Translations under genes and position numbers: made by a program
In this document: positions 9,020-17,640 of the stretch, piece after piece
Layout: every line of letters begins with the position of its first letter
Position numbering within the stretch: position 1 is the stretch's first letter
Notes under the pieces: generated by a model
Seen by the model: the letters and a program-made list of their open reading frames with translations, nothing else
The model's database searches: none
What the model was told of the DNA's origin: nothing
Virus record (IMG/VR): IMGVR_UViG_3300027730_001702
Span: 2,269-66,268 of that record
Origin: a virus
DNA: 64,000 bases
Strand: one strand, 5' to 3'

Positions 9020-11815
9020 TTAGTTTATCAAAGCCTTTAAACTTCCAGTTTCTTGAACTAAATTATATATTAAATTAATTTTTTCTTTATTTTCATCACT
9101 TGTAAGAATATTTATTGATCCGCTAATGATTGGAGATGTGTAATATTTAAATTTATTTTGAAAATTATTTAAAGTATTAATTTTATTGATTTTATTTCCT
9201 GCGTAAGCTGAATATTTATCTCCATAATATAGATTATTTGGAATGTGACTAGCAGAAATTGTATAAATTCTCACAGTTGGTTTTGTATAGCCAGTTATAG
9301 GAAATAGCACGAGTAAATTTCCTGAAGTATAAGATCCACTTTGCCTTAATTCTCCGCTGGATTCTGTATATGATATTGCCTGTCCAACATATTCGTTTAA
9401 TCCTGAGCCATATATACTATTGCCTGTATAAAAATAAAATCCAGTATATTCTGTTGATACTAATAATTTATAATCTATATTATTTTCAAGATATAGTTGC
9501 GGATACTTTTCATTTGAAAAATTATAATAAAATTTTGCTCCAGATCTTTGTGCGCTAATCGTACTTGATGAAACAACTTGATTTCCTATAATTGGATTTA
9601 GAATTTCTTGAATTAAATTTTCTCCAGTAACAAAAAGTTTACCAGAAACTGGATTTTCAGAAGCAGAGAAATATTCAATCTTTGGCGTTGGATGATTTGG
9701 TATATAAAATTGAAGAAGTCTATAATTACCACTTATTTTATTAAAATTTGGAGTTGTGATTTTCAATTCAGAAATATCTCCTTTAACTGCTAGTGGTCTA
9801 ATTTCAGTTAAATTTGTTTGTAATAAGTTATATGTATAGCCATTCTTTAAGATTAGTTCGCTTAAATTTTTCTCAAGGTTAGCTACTGTATCATAAAATT
9901 TATAACCAGTATAAGTGGCTCCACTTATAAAATTAACTGATACATAATGTTGTTTTGCGTCTGCTGAATTAAAAATTGGTAAAACGTCCGTATTTAATTT
10001 AAATAATAAATCTAATTGAACTGCTCCAGTAAATGGGTTAAATGTATTTTTTGTAGAAATAACTGAATCATTTTGTCCAGAGAAAAGCCCAGAAAAACCT
10101 TGGTTATATTTAAAATATTGTCTGTCGCTGTTTAAATAGTAGAGTCCATCTCCGCTTGATGATATTTTTATATTTGTTTGTGCTTGGTATGTGGGATGAC
10201 TATATATTCCAGATTGAAGTTTTAATTTTAAATTAGATCTTTCGGCTTCTATGTTTTTTCCAGTAGCATATAATGTTAATCCAAATATTTTTGAATCTAT
10301 TGGACTGTTATTTATTAATATTTTTCCATTAATATCATAATTAATATTTGATCCAGTTTTTTGCATTGGTAAAAAGTTATTACCTTTTTTAGCAAAATAA
10401 AAATAATCATCTGCTAATAGTCTATTATTGTTAGATATAATACTAAGGGTTGAGTTTATGTATTTTTTTGAGGCCAAGAAATTTAATTTACCATTGATAA
10501 GCATTGTTCCAGTTACTTCGTTTAATATTAAAGCTCCTGTATTTGTATATAATTTTGTACCATTTGGTAAAGTAGTGAATGTATTTCTTCCAGATGTTAA
10601 GTAATTATTTTTATAATGAACTGTTATACTAGAGTTTTTTCCAACAGTATAATATTTAACTAATTGCCCAGATAAATTTGTATTATCTGGATAATAAAAA
10701 CTTGTTTCTTTATAACCTTGATCTACAATATCAATTAAAGAATTTTGAGAACTGAGATAAAAATTCTTTGGAATATCGCCAGTATTGAATATTGCAAAAT
10801 CATATATCTCTTCGTCATTTAATGTACCAGACTGATTAAGATTAAAATTATTATTATATAATTTATATAATCCTGTATTTTTAGGTTGAAAATATGGGCC
10901 ATAACCTAGTGATAATACTTTTGGCGAGTTTCCTGTTGGTTTCCAATATACAGAGCCAGAAAAAGCAAAAATTCTATATTTTACAAGATCATTTTTATTT
11001 GTTGCATAAGGATTATGAAATTGTGAATTTTTTTGTCCAATAATATTTGTATAAACAAAAGTACACTTATTTTGAATGCACCAATCAATGTTTGGTATAT
11101 TGTCTTGCAAATATACTTTATTATAAGTTATTGCTCTTCCAGTTTGTGTACCAGATTCTGCGCCCTGAACATAATAATCTGCTCTTTCTTGTGAAAAACC
11201 TAATTTTTGTAAATCTTTTCTTGTATAAAAATTTCTACCTACAGAACCTATTTGATATCCACTATGATCTATAAGTTCATATACGTTTTTATATGGGGAG
11301 ATAAATGGCTTAGTAATCGGATCGTTCAATGAACAGTAGCCACATATTCTAAATTTTTCTCCAGAAGATAAACCGTCAGGATATTCGTCAGGTTTACCAT
11401 ATGGAATTCCGCGGCTATCTTCAAAATTTGCTGTTAAAACTCTATCTAAGCAGTAGCCTTGTTCATTTTGTGTTGAATATGGCAGTTCACCAGTTGGAAA
11501 AAAAGTTTTTGAACCAAATTTTATTCTTATTCCTGTGTTCCTGTAGTTTTGCATCCATCCAGATTCATACCACAATGAATTATATTTTTCTTTTCTTAAG
11601 CTAACAAGTTTATTCAAATAATTTTGATTTGTTCTTTTTGAAATGGATTCTCCTAGATTAATTGGAGATAATTCGACTAAATTTTTAAAATTACTATCTA
11701 AAAATCTGGGATCGGTAAATTTAGCGTATAAATTGTTATTTGCCGCAGCAGAATCCAAATCTATTGCTTTGATTGTTTGGTTGAAACCTTTTCTATAACC
11801 AGTAATTTTGTTCAT
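9020..11815 (-). CDS. large putative virion structural protein (SG/TG-rich)
   Basis: 931 aa, frequent SG/TG dipeptides, GTGTAA motif upstream. Confidence 0.6.
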   Translation of the reverse strand: MNKITGYRKGFNQTIKAIDLDSAAANNNLYAKFTDPRFLDSNFKNLVELSPINLGESISKRTNQNYLNKLVSLRKEKYNSLWYESGWMQNYRNTGIRIKFGSKTFFPTGELPYSTQNEQGYCLDRVLTANFEDSRGIPYGKPDEYPDGLSSGEKFRICGYCSLNDPITKPFISPYKNVYELIDHSGYQIGSVGRNFYTRKDLQKLGFSQERADYYVQGAESGTQTGRAITYNKVYLQDNIPNIDWCIQNKCTFVYTNIIGQKNSQFHNPYATNKNDLVKYRIFAFSGSVYWKPTGNSPKVLSLGYGPYFQPKNTGLYKLYNNNFNLNQSGTLNDEEIYDFAIFNTGDIPKNFYLSSQNSLIDIVDQGYKETSFYYPDNTNLSGQLVKYYTVGKNSSITVHYKNNYLTSGRNTFTTLPNGTKLYTNTGALILNEVTGTMLINGKLNFLASKKYINSTLSIISNNNRLLADDYFYFAKKGNNFLPMQKTGSNINYDINGKILINNSPIDSKIFGLTLYATGKNIEAERSNLKLKLQSGIYSHPTYQAQTNIKISSSGDGLYYLNSDRQYFKYNQGFSGLFSGQNDSVISTKNTFNPFTGAVQLDLLFKLNTDVLPIFNSADAKQHYVSVNFISGATYTGYKFYDTVANLEKNLSELILKNGYTYNLLQTNLTEIRPLAVKGDISELKITTPNFNKISGNYRLLQFYIPNHPTPKIEYFSASENPVSGKLFVTGENLIQEILNPIIGNQVVSSSTISAQRSGAKFYYNFSNEKYPQLYLENNIDYKLLVSTEYTGFYFYTGNSIYGSGLNEYVGQAISYTESSGELRQSGSYTSGNLLVLFPITGYTKPTVRIYTISASHIPNNLYYGDKYSAYAGNKINKINTLNNFQNKFKYYTSPIISGSINILTSDENKEKINLIYNLVQETGSLKALIN

Positions 11816-11844
11816 ATAACTATTTCGAATTACACTTAAAAATA

Positions 11845-11877
11845 AAAAATGCGAGAATTAATAACTCTCGCATTTTT
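11845..11877. terminator. intrinsic terminator (bidirectional), ends the minus-strand ribozyme transcript
   Basis: AAAAATGCGAGA-ATTAATAAC-TCTCGCATTTTT perfect inverted repeat with T tracts on both strands. Confidence 0.8.
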
Positions 11878-11880
11878 ATA

Positions 11881-12272
11881 TTCTTTTTTATTAGTTTGGC
11901 CCCGTTTTTGTCTGGTCCTTCTGTTGCTCTTTTGTATCTTTGTAGACGCATATACTTCATCAAAGAAAAAGCCTTATTACCAGATTGATCTTTCGCTTCT
12001 GTACAAATGATCTAAACCTTCTCATTTTAAGTTATTTTCTCAAAATTTATATTGAGAAACTCGATATTGCTATCGAGATCGGACTATATCTTGCTTACTA
12101 ACTTTCGTTAGTAAGACTGGGCGCTCGTGTCTCTGTTATTGTTGCGGTAACTCAAGAGTTAGTCTCTACACCTTCATGCTTCGTTTTTACCGCGAAGCAA
12201 GCTTGGCTCGGTATGATCCACTTGGGACTTCCACCGAATTCACCCAGTATGGCCAGTTTTATTTTTAAAGAA
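11881..12272 (-). ncRNA. group I ribozyme-like RNA (IA-like core), free-standing, possibly circularly permuted
   Basis: P3 CTGGGTG/CGCCCAG; P4 TTCGGT/ACCGAG; J6/7-P7 GTGTAGAGACTA; P8 CTTACTAAC-GAAA-GTTAGTAAG; J8/7-P7 AAGATATAGTC; P9 CTCGATA-GCAA-TATCGAG; no interrupted gene visible. Confidence 0.85.
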
Positions 12273-12282
12273 CTAAAACTAG

Positions 12283-12288
12283 TTACAC
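12283..12288 (-). promoter_or_regulatory. GTGTAA phage promoter motif ahead of the group I-like RNA
   Basis: GTGTAACTAGTTTTAGTTCTTT closely resembles GTGTAAGCTAGGTTAGTTCTTT upstream of the tmRNA. Confidence 0.6.
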
Positions 12289-12308
12289 CTTAAATTTAAA
12301 TATGCGCT

Positions 12309-13304
12309 TTATATATTAGCTGTATCGCCAGAAAATATTATTTCACAATATTTTTTTAATTTTTTTGAAATAAACTCTTTCATGTCTTTGAAGTCGTCAA
12401 ATTTTATAAAATTTGTGTTTTCTTTCTTATTATCAAACTTAATTTTAAATATTTTTAATTTCTCTAGAATATCACATTTATTAATAATTAGCCTTGTCAC
12501 TCCAGATTTTTTAATTGCGTATTCTAATTTAGTTAAATCTAACCAGTTGGCTATCCTTTTTCTTCCTGTGGTTGTGCCATATTCTTTCCCCACTTCTATA
12601 ACTTGATTAAGTTCATTATCTAGTAGTAATGATTCTGGAAATAATGGATCTACTCCGCTTTTAGTATCATATATTTTAGCAACACCAATAATGTCTCTTA
12701 TCTTTTTAGGACTAAAGCCCAATGAGCAAGCAGAGTAAGGTAATGTTTCGCTGCTTGTTACATATGGATAATTTCCATAATTTAAATCTAACCAAAAACT
12801 TTGAGCGCCTTCACAAAGTATGTTTCCATTAAGCTCGCCATCCCAAATATATTTTTTATCTAAATAATATTTAGCCAGTTTTCCTGTTCTTAATGCTTTA
12901 TCTGCATAACATGGTGCAATTCCTTGTCCAGTTGTCCCTAGTTTAGGTTTTAAAAATTTAAGATCATATTCAATGTGTCTTTGAGTAATGATATGAGCTT
13001 TTGGGCTAACTTTAATTAAAGAAGTATCAAAACCTTCGTTATCTAAGTACTCTATTTCGTCAAAAAATTTATCAATATTAATGACACAATTTGGACCTAT
13101 TATGCTAGTTTTATTTTGGAAAACTCCGCAAGGAATAATATGAGTTTTATATTTTTTATCATTAATATAAACTGTATGCCCTGCGTTTGGCCCACCATTC
13201 CAACGACAAACGATATCATAATTTTTAGATATTGCATTACTTATCTTGCCTTTTCCTTCATCTCCCCAACATAAACCAAAAATAACATCAACTGCTTTTA
13301 TCAT
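12309..13304 (-). CDS. purA: adenylosuccinate synthetase (short form), copy 1
   Basis: WGDEGKG, GGPNAGHT, GTTGQGIAPCY, EGAQ, YPYVTSS, GTTTGRKR, NKCD. Confidence 0.95.
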   Translation of the reverse strand: MIKAVDVIFGLCWGDEGKGKISNAISKNYDIVCRWNGGPNAGHTVYINDKKYKTHIIPCGVFQNKTSIIGPNCVINIDKFFDEIEYLDNEGFDTSLIKVSPKAHIITQRHIEYDLKFLKPKLGTTGQGIAPCYADKALRTGKLAKYYLDKKYIWDGELNGNILCEGAQSFWLDLNYGNYPYVTSSETLPYSACSLGFSPKKIRDIIGVAKIYDTKSGVDPLFPESLLLDNELNQVIEVGKEYGTTTGRKRIANWLDLTKLEYAIKKSGVTRLIINKCDILEKLKIFKIKFDNKKENTNFIKFDDFKDMKEFISKKLKKYCEIIFSGDTANI

Positions 13305-13530
13305 CTTTAGGTTTTTCTCTTAACTCATTAACGTAATTTTCTAAATTTTCTTTTGCTTTATTGCAAAAATCCTGTCCAGAAGCACCACAGCAATTCTTAA
13401 ATTTTTTTAATGATAATGGGCACATACTATTTCTAGATATTTTTGGTAATACTCTTACGACTGGAGAAAATGGAGTTGCCCTCGCGTAAGGATTATGATT
13501 TAATGAAATTTTATTAGATTCTTGTTCCAT
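13288..13530 (-). CDS. SEC-C-like metal-binding motif protein, paralog of 25107..25358
   Basis: KISRNSMCPLSLKKFKNCCG. Confidence 0.7.
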   Translation of the reverse strand: MEQESNKISLNHNPYARATPFSPVVRVLPKISRNSMCPLSLKKFKNCCGASGQDFCNKAKENLENYVNELREKPKDDKSS

Positions 13531-13535
13531 ATTTT

Positions 13536-13922
13536 TTATCTCGCTGGTTGTGGTTTTGGTCTTAACTGATTATACATTTGATTGTATTTATTCACATCTT
13601 CAATTTTATTAGCATCCATAATAAGGAAAGCTTTTTGACCTAATCTAAAATTTTCATTTTCCTTCGCAGAAATGACTCCTTGCATTCTTGATCTTAATTT
13701 CGAATCTTGTGTTAATGATAGACTATTTTTTTGCTCTTGCAATAATTTGTTGTATCTTTTATTAGATTCTATTTGAGTCTTAACAATATGATATTCTGCT
13801 CCGCGAGTTACATCATCGTACTTCTGATAAGTCGTTTGAGCTTTAGAGCCAGAGATAGTTATAATTAAAGCTAAAATAGCTAAAATAATTGATTTAATAT
13901 TTTTATAATTTACCATGTGCAA
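13536..13922 (-). CDS. signal-peptide-bearing hypothetical protein
   Basis: Hydrophobic N-terminus ending SKA|Q. Confidence 0.6.
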   Translation of the reverse strand: MHMVNYKNIKSIILAILALIITISGSKAQTTYQKYDDVTRGAEYHIVKTQIESNKRYNKLLQEQKNSLSLTQDSKLRSRMQGVISAKENENFRLGQKAFLIMDANKIEDVNKYNQMYNQLRPKPQPAR

Positions 13923-15003
13923 ATCCCTCGTACATGCTATTAGGACTATTTTTAACTGCTGTAATTTTATCTGTCCATAATCCTCCTCGCATATCTTTCA
14001 TATTTCTAAAGCCTAAATAACTCATCGCGCTTCTTAAGCCGTTAGCAAAATCATAAACTATATCTTCTATTGATTTATCAAATAGTGGGATTAAAGTGTT
14101 ATCTCCTTCTACAAATAAATTCTTTTTTGTTCCATCATGGAGTTCGTAATCTTCTACTACATCTTTACTAGCCATTCCTCTGTACTTTGCATATCTTATT
14201 CCATTTTTTTCAATTATATCTTCTTCATCAACTATATCTGATAATCCAGCGAAAATTCTTCCACAAATAACTGCGTCACAGCCACTTGCTATAGCTTTAA
14301 CTAAATCTTTCGGATATCGAATACCTCCGTCAGCTAAAATACTCGGTCTATGTTCTGGATTTGGTTTATCTTGCTTAAATAAATCTACTTGAGAAAGTTC
14401 CCAATTTCTTACGGCTTTCCAAGCGTAATAATTTCCAGTTAAACTTGGGCAACCTATTCCTGTTTTGACTTGAGTTAAACACATTGATCCTGGACCGATT
14501 AAATGTCTAAATCCATCCGCTTTTAAATTAGCTAGTCTATAAACGCTTTCTTTTGTTAATGTATTACCAACAATAATGTCTTGAGAAAATCCAGCTGTTT
14601 TAAACCACCTAAGAAAATCTTCTACATTTTTAGCTAAACCATTTGCTGTATCAAGAAAATAAATATCAGTATAAGTACTTGTCTGTCTTATTCTTTCTTC
14701 GGCATCTTTTAATCCAATTGCGTTTATAGAAAATCCGCTTTCATCTTTAATTGTTTTAGATTTAGATCTTTGATCATCGATACTCATAAATCGATGCAGT
14801 ACTCCAGCCGCGCCAATTTTATTCATTTTGATACAAGATTTAACAGTTGATACTGTATCCATTGGAGATAATATCAATGGAATTTTTATATAGTTTTTTC
14901 TTGAAATCTTTGCTGTTGTATCTATTTCTTTTCTAGACGAAATGTCTGAAAAATTTGGTAGTAGTGATATATCGTCGTAACTTAAAGCTTCAACAAATCT
15001 CAT
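13903..15003 (-). CDS. guaB: IMP dehydrogenase / GMP reductase family (no CBS domains)
   Basis: SPMDTV, IGPGSMCLT, ADGGIR, YRGMAS, VEG, GLRSAMSYLG; GuaB versus GuaC not resolved. Confidence 0.8.
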   Translation of the reverse strand: MRFVEALSYDDISLLPNFSDISSRKEIDTTAKISRKNYIKIPLILSPMDTVSTVKSCIKMNKIGAAGVLHRFMSIDDQRSKSKTIKDESGFSINAIGLKDAEERIRQTSTYTDIYFLDTANGLAKNVEDFLRWFKTAGFSQDIIVGNTLTKESVYRLANLKADGFRHLIGPGSMCLTQVKTGIGCPSLTGNYYAWKAVRNWELSQVDLFKQDKPNPEHRPSILADGGIRYPKDLVKAIASGCDAVICGRIFAGLSDIVDEEDIIEKNGIRYAKYRGMASKDVVEDYELHDGTKKNLFVEGDNTLIPLFDKSIEDIVYDFANGLRSAMSYLGFRNMKDMRGGLWTDKITAVKNSPNSMYEGFAHGKL

Positions 15004-15046
15004 TCTTAAATGATAAAGCTTCTTTCTATAAAAGTCAAATACAAAA

Positions 15047-15340
15047 TTAAATACTTTTTATTGATGTACCATCTTTTTTATTAAAATTCAAATGATCTGA
15101 TTCCGAAAGACCTAAAGTGGTTTTAAATAAAAGTAAAGTATTATTATCTATATTTTGAATTTTTTCTATATATTTGTCTTCTGCATATTTTTCTCTTGTA
15201 TTCTTGCTACAACCACACCCACCTAAAGACATATCATAAAAAGAAATAGTATCATTAAATATAGAAAATTCCTTATGTTGAGGAATTTGATTCCTTATTT
15301 CGTTTACAAATTCAGATAAATTAAGATTCTTCTCTATCAT
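15047..15340 (-). CDS. CxC-motif hypothetical protein
   Basis: GGCGCS motif; overlaps the upstream membrane CxxC gene. Confidence 0.6.
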   Translation of the reverse strand: MIEKNLNLSEFVNEIRNQIPQHKEFSIFNDTISFYDMSLGGCGCSKNTREKYAEDKYIEKIQNIDNNTLLLFKTTLGLSESDHLNFNKKDGTSIKSI

Positions 15341-15686
15341 GGTATTTCATTAATATTACACTTATATAATATAATATTAAAGAACCAAAAAAATTCAAAA
15401 ATATTATACTATATATTGAGATAAATGGATAACTTAGTATATTTAGCCATGTATTTAGACAAACTGGACATGATAATAGCTTGGTGAAAAAATTATTATA
15501 TTCAATACTTAAAAATATAGGATATTTGACATCTGAATATTTTTTCTTGAATTCTATATATCTATTTAGTTTTAAAAATTTATTTAAAATAGGTATTTTC
15601 GTGCCATATTCATAAAGTGCCTCTGTTTTAAACCATATCAAAAGAACAAAAGCGTTAATAAAGATGAAATATAAATCATTAGCCAT
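15321..15686 (-). CDS. membrane protein with CxxC (DUF1360-like)
   Basis: TM segments and KLLSCPVCLNTW. Confidence 0.6.
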   Translation of the reverse strand: MANDLYFIFINAFVLLIWFKTEALYEYGTKIPILNKFLKLNRYIEFKKKYSDVKYPIFLSIEYNNFFTKLLSCPVCLNTWLNILSYPFISIYSIIFLNFFGSLILYYISVILMKYHDREES

Positions 15687-16102
15687 TAAGCATTATACTT
15701 AATAAGATCAATATCGTAAAATTTAAATATATCTAAAGACTTTTGATCTCGATGATATTCTTCTAGATATAATACTTTTTCAATCCCATAAGAGGCTATG
15801 CTAATTGCACATGATGAACATGGTAGTAGACTTGTGGCAATTAAATATGGTTTATCATATCTAGATATACAGGATAAAGCGTTTGTTTCAGCATGAATGA
15901 CAAAAGCTCTTCTTTCATCTCTATCGTCCCAAAAAGTAATATCTATTTGTTTTTTACTTGTTAAACCGTTGTATCCTATACTTAATAGTCTCCCGTCATT
16001 ATTTAATATAGCGCATCCAACTTTTTTATATAGATCTTCTGACCTTTCTGACGCTAATAAAGCAAATTTAATTGCCATATCTTCAAATGAAATTCTTTCC
16101 AT
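15686..16102 (-). CDS. dCMP deaminase
   Basis: KVGCAI, GYNG, HAETNA, PCSSC. Confidence 0.9.
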   Translation of the reverse strand: MERISFEDMAIKFALLASERSEDLYKKVGCAILNNDGRLLSIGYNGLTSKKQIDITFWDDRDERRAFVIHAETNALSCISRYDKPYLIATSLLPCSSCAISIASYGIEKVLYLEEYHRDQKSLDIFKFYDIDLIKYNA

Positions 16103-16179
16103 ATCTAAATTATAAATTAATTATAAATTAAGTCAATTTTAACTTTACTTTTTTAAAATAAAGATGTATACTTGAGCCT

Positions 16180-16773
16180 ATGATAGGTATAACAGGAGTA
16201 GCAAGATCTGGAAAAGATACATTTTATGGTATTCTTGCTAAATATTTTGAGAACAAAAGTTTGAAAGCTAAGAGACTTGCTTTTGCAGATAATTTGAAAA
16301 AAGAACTAGGCCCATTTGTAATCGAAAAATTTAAAATAGACTTAGCGAATTGCTCAAACGAAGAAAAAGAATTAGTCCGTCCATTAATGGTTTCTTACGG
16401 TAAATGTAGGAGATCTCAAACAGAAGGTAAATATTGGACTTCATTATTAGATATAAAAATAAAAGAATTTAATCAAAAAAATATAATACCAATCATTACA
16501 GATGTTAGATATATAGAGTATAAAGAGGATGAATATTCTTGGCTGAAGAATTATAATGGAATTTTAATACATTTATGCAGAAAATTAGACGATGGAAGTC
16601 TTGTGCAGCCAGCTAATATAGAAGAAAAAGCTAATGACAATAAATTAAAAGCTGTAGCAGATTTTTGTATAAGTTGGGATACTTGCCAAGACACTAATTT
16701 TTTGTATGAGTTAATGGAGAAAAATTTAGAAAAAATATATGAATTATACACAAGACATAGACTTAATAATTAA
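16180..16773 (+). CDS. deoxynucleoside monophosphate kinase
   Basis: IGITGVARSGKDT, FADNLK, IITDVRY. Confidence 0.85.
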   Translation: MIGITGVARSGKDTFYGILAKYFENKSLKAKRLAFADNLKKELGPFVIEKFKIDLANCSNEEKELVRPLMVSYGKCRRSQTEGKYWTSLLDIKIKEFNQKNIIPIITDVRYIEYKEDEYSWLKNYNGILIHLCRKLDDGSLVQPANIEEKANDNKLKAVADFCISWDTCQDTNFLYELMEKNLEKIYELYTRHRLNN

Positions 16774-17338
16774 AGTAAAAGAATCAGCTGATAATGAATC
16801 TTTAAAAGAATTGTCTAATCGACATAGCGGTATATATAACGAAATGGTAAAAAAATACTACAGACATTTAGTAACTACTGGTCTAAATCCAAATGATATT
16901 ATTTCAGATAAAATGTACATTCTATATAAATCTGCTATGAGTTTTAATCCAGATAAAAATGTAAAATTTTCTACATGGCTAGGAAATCAAGCTAGGTATT
17001 ATTGCTTGAATTGTATGAATAAGAACAATCATTTAATCGCTATGGAAAATAACGATATAAGACTTATTTTAGAAAAAAAACAAACTAACGATAGTTTCGA
17101 CTCAAATCTATTAAAAGAAAAATGCGATTTAATATTTTCAATTCTAGATAGAGTAAAAGACGACCGCTTAACTAAAATATATAAAATGAGGTATTTTTCT
17201 GGTAAAAAATTAACTCCTTGGAGTAAAATAAGCGCAAAATTAAAATTGAGTACTCAAACCGTTATTAATTTACATAATAAAGGTAAAAAACTTTTAAAAA
17301 ATAAGTTGACAACTAAGAATAATATTGATATAATCTAA
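16739..17338 (+). CDS. RNA polymerase sigma-70-like factor
   Basis: Region 2-like FNPDKNVKFSTW; C-terminal HTH WSKISAKLKLSTQTVINLHNK. Confidence 0.75.
   Translation: MNYTQDIDLIIKVKESADNESLKELSNRHSGIYNEMVKKYYRHLVTTGLNPNDIISDKMYILYKSAMSFNPDKNVKFSTWLGNQARYYCLNCMNKNNHLIAMENNDIRLILEKKQTNDSFDSNLLKEKCDLIFSILDRVKDDRLTKIYKMRYFSGKKLTPWSKISAKLKLSTQTVINLHNKGKKLLKNKLTTKNNIDII
17306..17334 (+). promoter_or_regulatory. sigma70-type promoter
   Basis: TTGACA-N17-TATAAT, ending 9 nt before the ATG at 17344. Confidence 0.75.
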
Positions 17339-17343
17339 ATACT

Positions 17344-17640
17344 ATGAATAAAATACAAACAAATAACGAAAAACAAAAATCAGATTGGTCTAAAAGAGAT
17401 GTAGGCGCTCTATGGAAAAGAGAAAGCACTAATCAAAAATATCTATCTGGTTATGTTAAGATTGATGAACTCGGTATCGAGACTGAGATTAAGATCGTAG
17501 TCTTTTCTAATAAAAACAAGAAAGACAATCTCAAAGCTCCAGATTACAGAATTTATCTATCTAAACCTGCTGAAAAGCTAGATGAAACTAAAGCCACTAG
17601 AATTGAAAAAGTAGAAGAATCTGTAGACGAAGTGCTTTAA
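17344..17640 (+). CDS. DUF736-like protein (possible ssDNA-binding)
   Basis: VGALWKR, YLSG, APDYRIY, acidic tail. Confidence 0.6.
   Translation: MNKIQTNNEKQKSDWSKRDVGALWKRESTNQKYLSGYVKIDELGIETEIKIVVFSNKNKKDNLKAPDYRIYLSKPAEKLDETKATRIEKVEESVDEVL

Noticed and set aside
11960-12025. 21-codon ORF MRRFRSFVQKRKINLVIRLFL (minus strand)
   Set aside because: Very short, no RBS, lies within paired RNA segments
11881-12272. Conventional intron in purA or the 931-aa gene; RNase P RNA
   Set aside because: Both genes are complete and a terminator separates the RNA from the downstream gene; RNase P P4 motifs (GAGGAAAGUCC, GGCUUA) are absent
12309-13304. PurZ / Z-genome pathway
   Set aside because: Both copies keep the catalytic Asp (GDEGKG) and the GTP-type NKCD; no datZ or mazZ is recognisable in the window
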